A DNA stretch of 36,993 nucleotides from Candidatus Methylomirabilia bacterium (lineage in GTDB: Bacteria > Methylomirabilota > Methylomirabilia > Rokubacteriales > CSP1-6), in NCBI GenBank assembly GCA_041492755.1, contig JBGPXN010000030.1, positions 1 through 36,993 on the forward strand, in the 5' to 3' direction. The position numbers and the translations under genes were made by a program. Numbering within the stretch: the stretch's first letter is position 1; each line of letters opens with the position of its first letter. This document shows positions 35,141 through 36,993 of the stretch, piece by piece. The notes below the pieces were generated by a model, which was not told the DNA's origin, did not search any database, and saw only the letters and a list, made by a program, of their open reading frames with translations.

Positions 35141-36061
35141 GTGGACGCGCTCGGATGGTGGGGCGTGCCGGTGGCCGTGCTCGGCGGCGCGGTCCGCGTG
35201 GGCACGCCGTTTCTGTTCGTGAGCCTCGGCGAGTGCGTGACCGAGCGGAGCGGTCGCATCAACCTCGGGCTCGAGGGGATTTTGGTGATGGGGGCGATGA
35301 CGGGCTACGCCATCGCGTACGGGACCGGGAACGCCTGGCTCGGCGTGCTCGCCGCCCTCGGCGCCGGGGTGGCGCTCGGGCTCTTGCACGGGCTCCTCTG
35401 CAATCTGCCCCGCGTCAACGACATCGCCGTCGGCATCGGGCTCATGCTGTTCGGGACGGGGCTCGCGCTCTTCCTCGGCAAACCGTACGTGCAACCAAAG
35501 GCGCCGACGCTGCCCGCCCTCCCGCTCGGGCTCTGGAGCGACACCCCGCAGATCCGCGCCGCGCTCGAGGTGAACCCGCTGTTCGTGATCGGCATCGCGC
35601 TCGCCGTCGCGCTCGCGTGGGCGTTCACCGATACGCGGTGGGGACTGATCGTCCGGATGGTCGGCGACAGCGCCGACGCCGCGCGCGCGATGGGGCATCG
35701 GGTGGGGCTGGTGCGGGTGCTCGCCACCGGCTTCGGCGGCGGTCTCGCCGGCATCGGGGGCTCGTTCCTGTCGTTGTACTACCCGGGCAGCTGGAGCGAA
35801 GGGCTGTCGAGCGGGCAGGGGCTCATGGCGGTGGCGCTGGTCATCTTCGCGCGCTGGCGGCCGCTCGCGTGCTGCTCGGCGGCGCTGCTCTTCGGCGGAG
35901 CGGGGGCGCTGGGGCCGGCGCTACAATCCGTCGGCGTGACGTCCGGGTACTACCTGTTCAACGCCGCGCCCTACGTGGTGACGCTCGGCATCATGGTCGC
36001 GACCTGCTCGCCGCGCCAAACCCTGGCCGGCGCGCCGCGCGAGCTCAGCATCAATCGGTGA
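35141..36061 (+). CDS. ABC transporter permease (BPD_transp_2)
   Basis: [27 protein letters not shown] and APYVVT motifs. Confidence 0.9.
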   Translation: MDALGWWGVPVAVLGGAVRVGTPFLFVSLGECVTERSGRINLGLEGILVMGAMTGYAIAYGTGNAWLGVLAALGAGVALGLLHGLLCNLPRVNDIAVGIGLMLFGTGLALFLGKPYVQPKAPTLPALPLGLWSDTPQIRAALEVNPLFVIGIALAVALAWAFTDTRWGLIVRMVGDSADAARAMGHRVGLVRVLATGFGGGLAGIGGSFLSLYYPGSWSEGLSSGQGLMAVALVIFARWRPLACCSAALLFGGAGALGPALQSVGVTSGYYLFNAAPYVVTLGIMVATCSPRQTLAGAPRELSINR

Positions 36062-36080
36062 GGCGTGCGGAGGAGCGCGC

Positions 36081-36770
36081 ATGACATCCCGCTTCGTGAC
36101 GTCCGACCCCTACCCGTGGCCCTTCGACGGCGATCTCCGTGCCCAGAACACCGCGCTGCTGGTGATCGACATGCAGACGGATTTCTGCGGCATCGGTGGC
36201 TATGTGGATCGGATGGGCTACGACCTGTCGCTCACCCGCGCGCCCATCGAGCCGATCCGGGCGGTGCTGGACGCGGCGCGCGGCCGGGGCTTTCACGTCA
36301 TCCACACGCGCGAAGGCCATCGGCCGGATCTCTCGGACCTGCCCGAGAACAAGCGCTGGCGCTCGCGGCGCATCGGCGCCGGCATCGGTGACCCGGGTCC
36401 GTGCGGGCGGATCCTGGTGCGGGGCGAGCCGGGCTGGGAGATCATCCCGGAGCTGGCGCCGCGGCCGGACGAGGTCGTCATCGACAAGCCGGGCAAAGGC
36501 TCGTTCTGCGCCACTGATCTGGAGCTGATCCTCCGCTCACGGGGTATCCGCAACCTCGTGCTGACCGGGATCACCACCGACGTGTGTGTCCACACGACCA
36601 TGCGCGAGGCCAACGATCGCGGCTTCGAGTGCCTGCTCCTTCAGGACTGCACGGGCGCGACCGATCTCGGCAACCACCTGGCCGCGGTGAAGATGGTCAC
36701 GATGCAGGGCGGTGTCTTCGGCGCCGTGGCGCGGGCGGCCGACGTGATCGCGGCCATCGCCGGCGCATGA
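36081..36770 (+). CDS. biuH: Biuret hydrolase (isochorismatase-like cysteine hydrolase)
   Basis: [41 protein letters not shown] and MQGGVFG, closely following the Rhizobium BiuH sequence as recalled; D-K-C triad intact. Confidence 0.85.
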   Translation: MTSRFVTSDPYPWPFDGDLRAQNTALLVIDMQTDFCGIGGYVDRMGYDLSLTRAPIEPIRAVLDAARGRGFHVIHTREGHRPDLSDLPENKRWRSRRIGAGIGDPGPCGRILVRGEPGWEIIPELAPRPDEVVIDKPGKGSFCATDLELILRSRGIRNLVLTGITTDVCVHTTMREANDRGFECLLLQDCTGATDLGNHLAAVKMVTMQGGVFGAVARAADVIAAIAGA

Positions 36771-36993
36771 TCCCGGCCGCACCCGAGCCCGGCCCGGTGG
36801 GCGCTCTCGACGTCGAGGTCGTTGGGATGACCAAGCGCTTCGGGTCGCTCATCGCCCTCGACGACGTCTCGCTGCGGGTGCCGGCGGGCGCGTTCCACGC
36901 GCTGCTGGGCGAGAACGGCGCGGGCAAGAGCACGCTCGTGAAGTGTCTGGTCGGCTACCACCCGCCCGACCGTGGCCACATTCTCGTGGGCCG
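36767..36993 (+). CDS. ABC transporter ATP-binding protein (partial, runs off the window)
   Basis: MTKRFG...[17 protein letters not shown]alker A; ATGA overlap with the biuH stop. Confidence 0.9.
   Translation, partial: MIPAAPEPGPVGALDVEVVGMTKRFGSLIALDDVSLRVPAGAFHALLGENGAGKSTLVKCLVGYHPPDRGHILVG

Noticed and set aside
1..36993. tRNA, rRNA or an intact transposase
   Set aside because: None was recognisable in any intergenic region or ORF

Overview
GC-rich bacterial window. The gene content (many ABC_sub_bind paralogues, BMP and peptide ABC systems, palindromic intergenic repeats) resembles Ca. Rokubacteria/Methylomirabilota, but that is inference only. From left to right it holds: a partial amidohydrolase; a peptide ABC SBP with two permeases but no ATPase; aroM; a decayed integron (C-terminal intI remnant co-oriented with the array, a candidate attI and two attC sites) carrying a vapBC-type TA pair, three nested or frameshifted ABC_sub_bind copies and an orphan addiction-module antitoxin; several hydrolases and an NYN protein; an aliB/badH/aliA-like cyclohexanecarboxylate CoA-catabolic cluster followed by a sirtuin and a Nudix CoA pyrophosphatase; sppA; an LLM oxidoreductase; a FadR-like TetR lipid operon with a clear operator; a deleted PHA locus (phaC/phaB fragments, intact phaR and a phasin-like gene); fadD with SDR, ADH and hydrolase genes; a DMT transporter; and a sigma54-type operon with a BMP-family ABC transporter and biuret hydrolase. 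Patterns recurring across the window are a family of REP-like hairpin repeats (one at a deletion breakpoint), many short gene remnants, frequent leaderless promoters and three probable CTG starts. All calls come from reading the sequence by eye; no searches were run.
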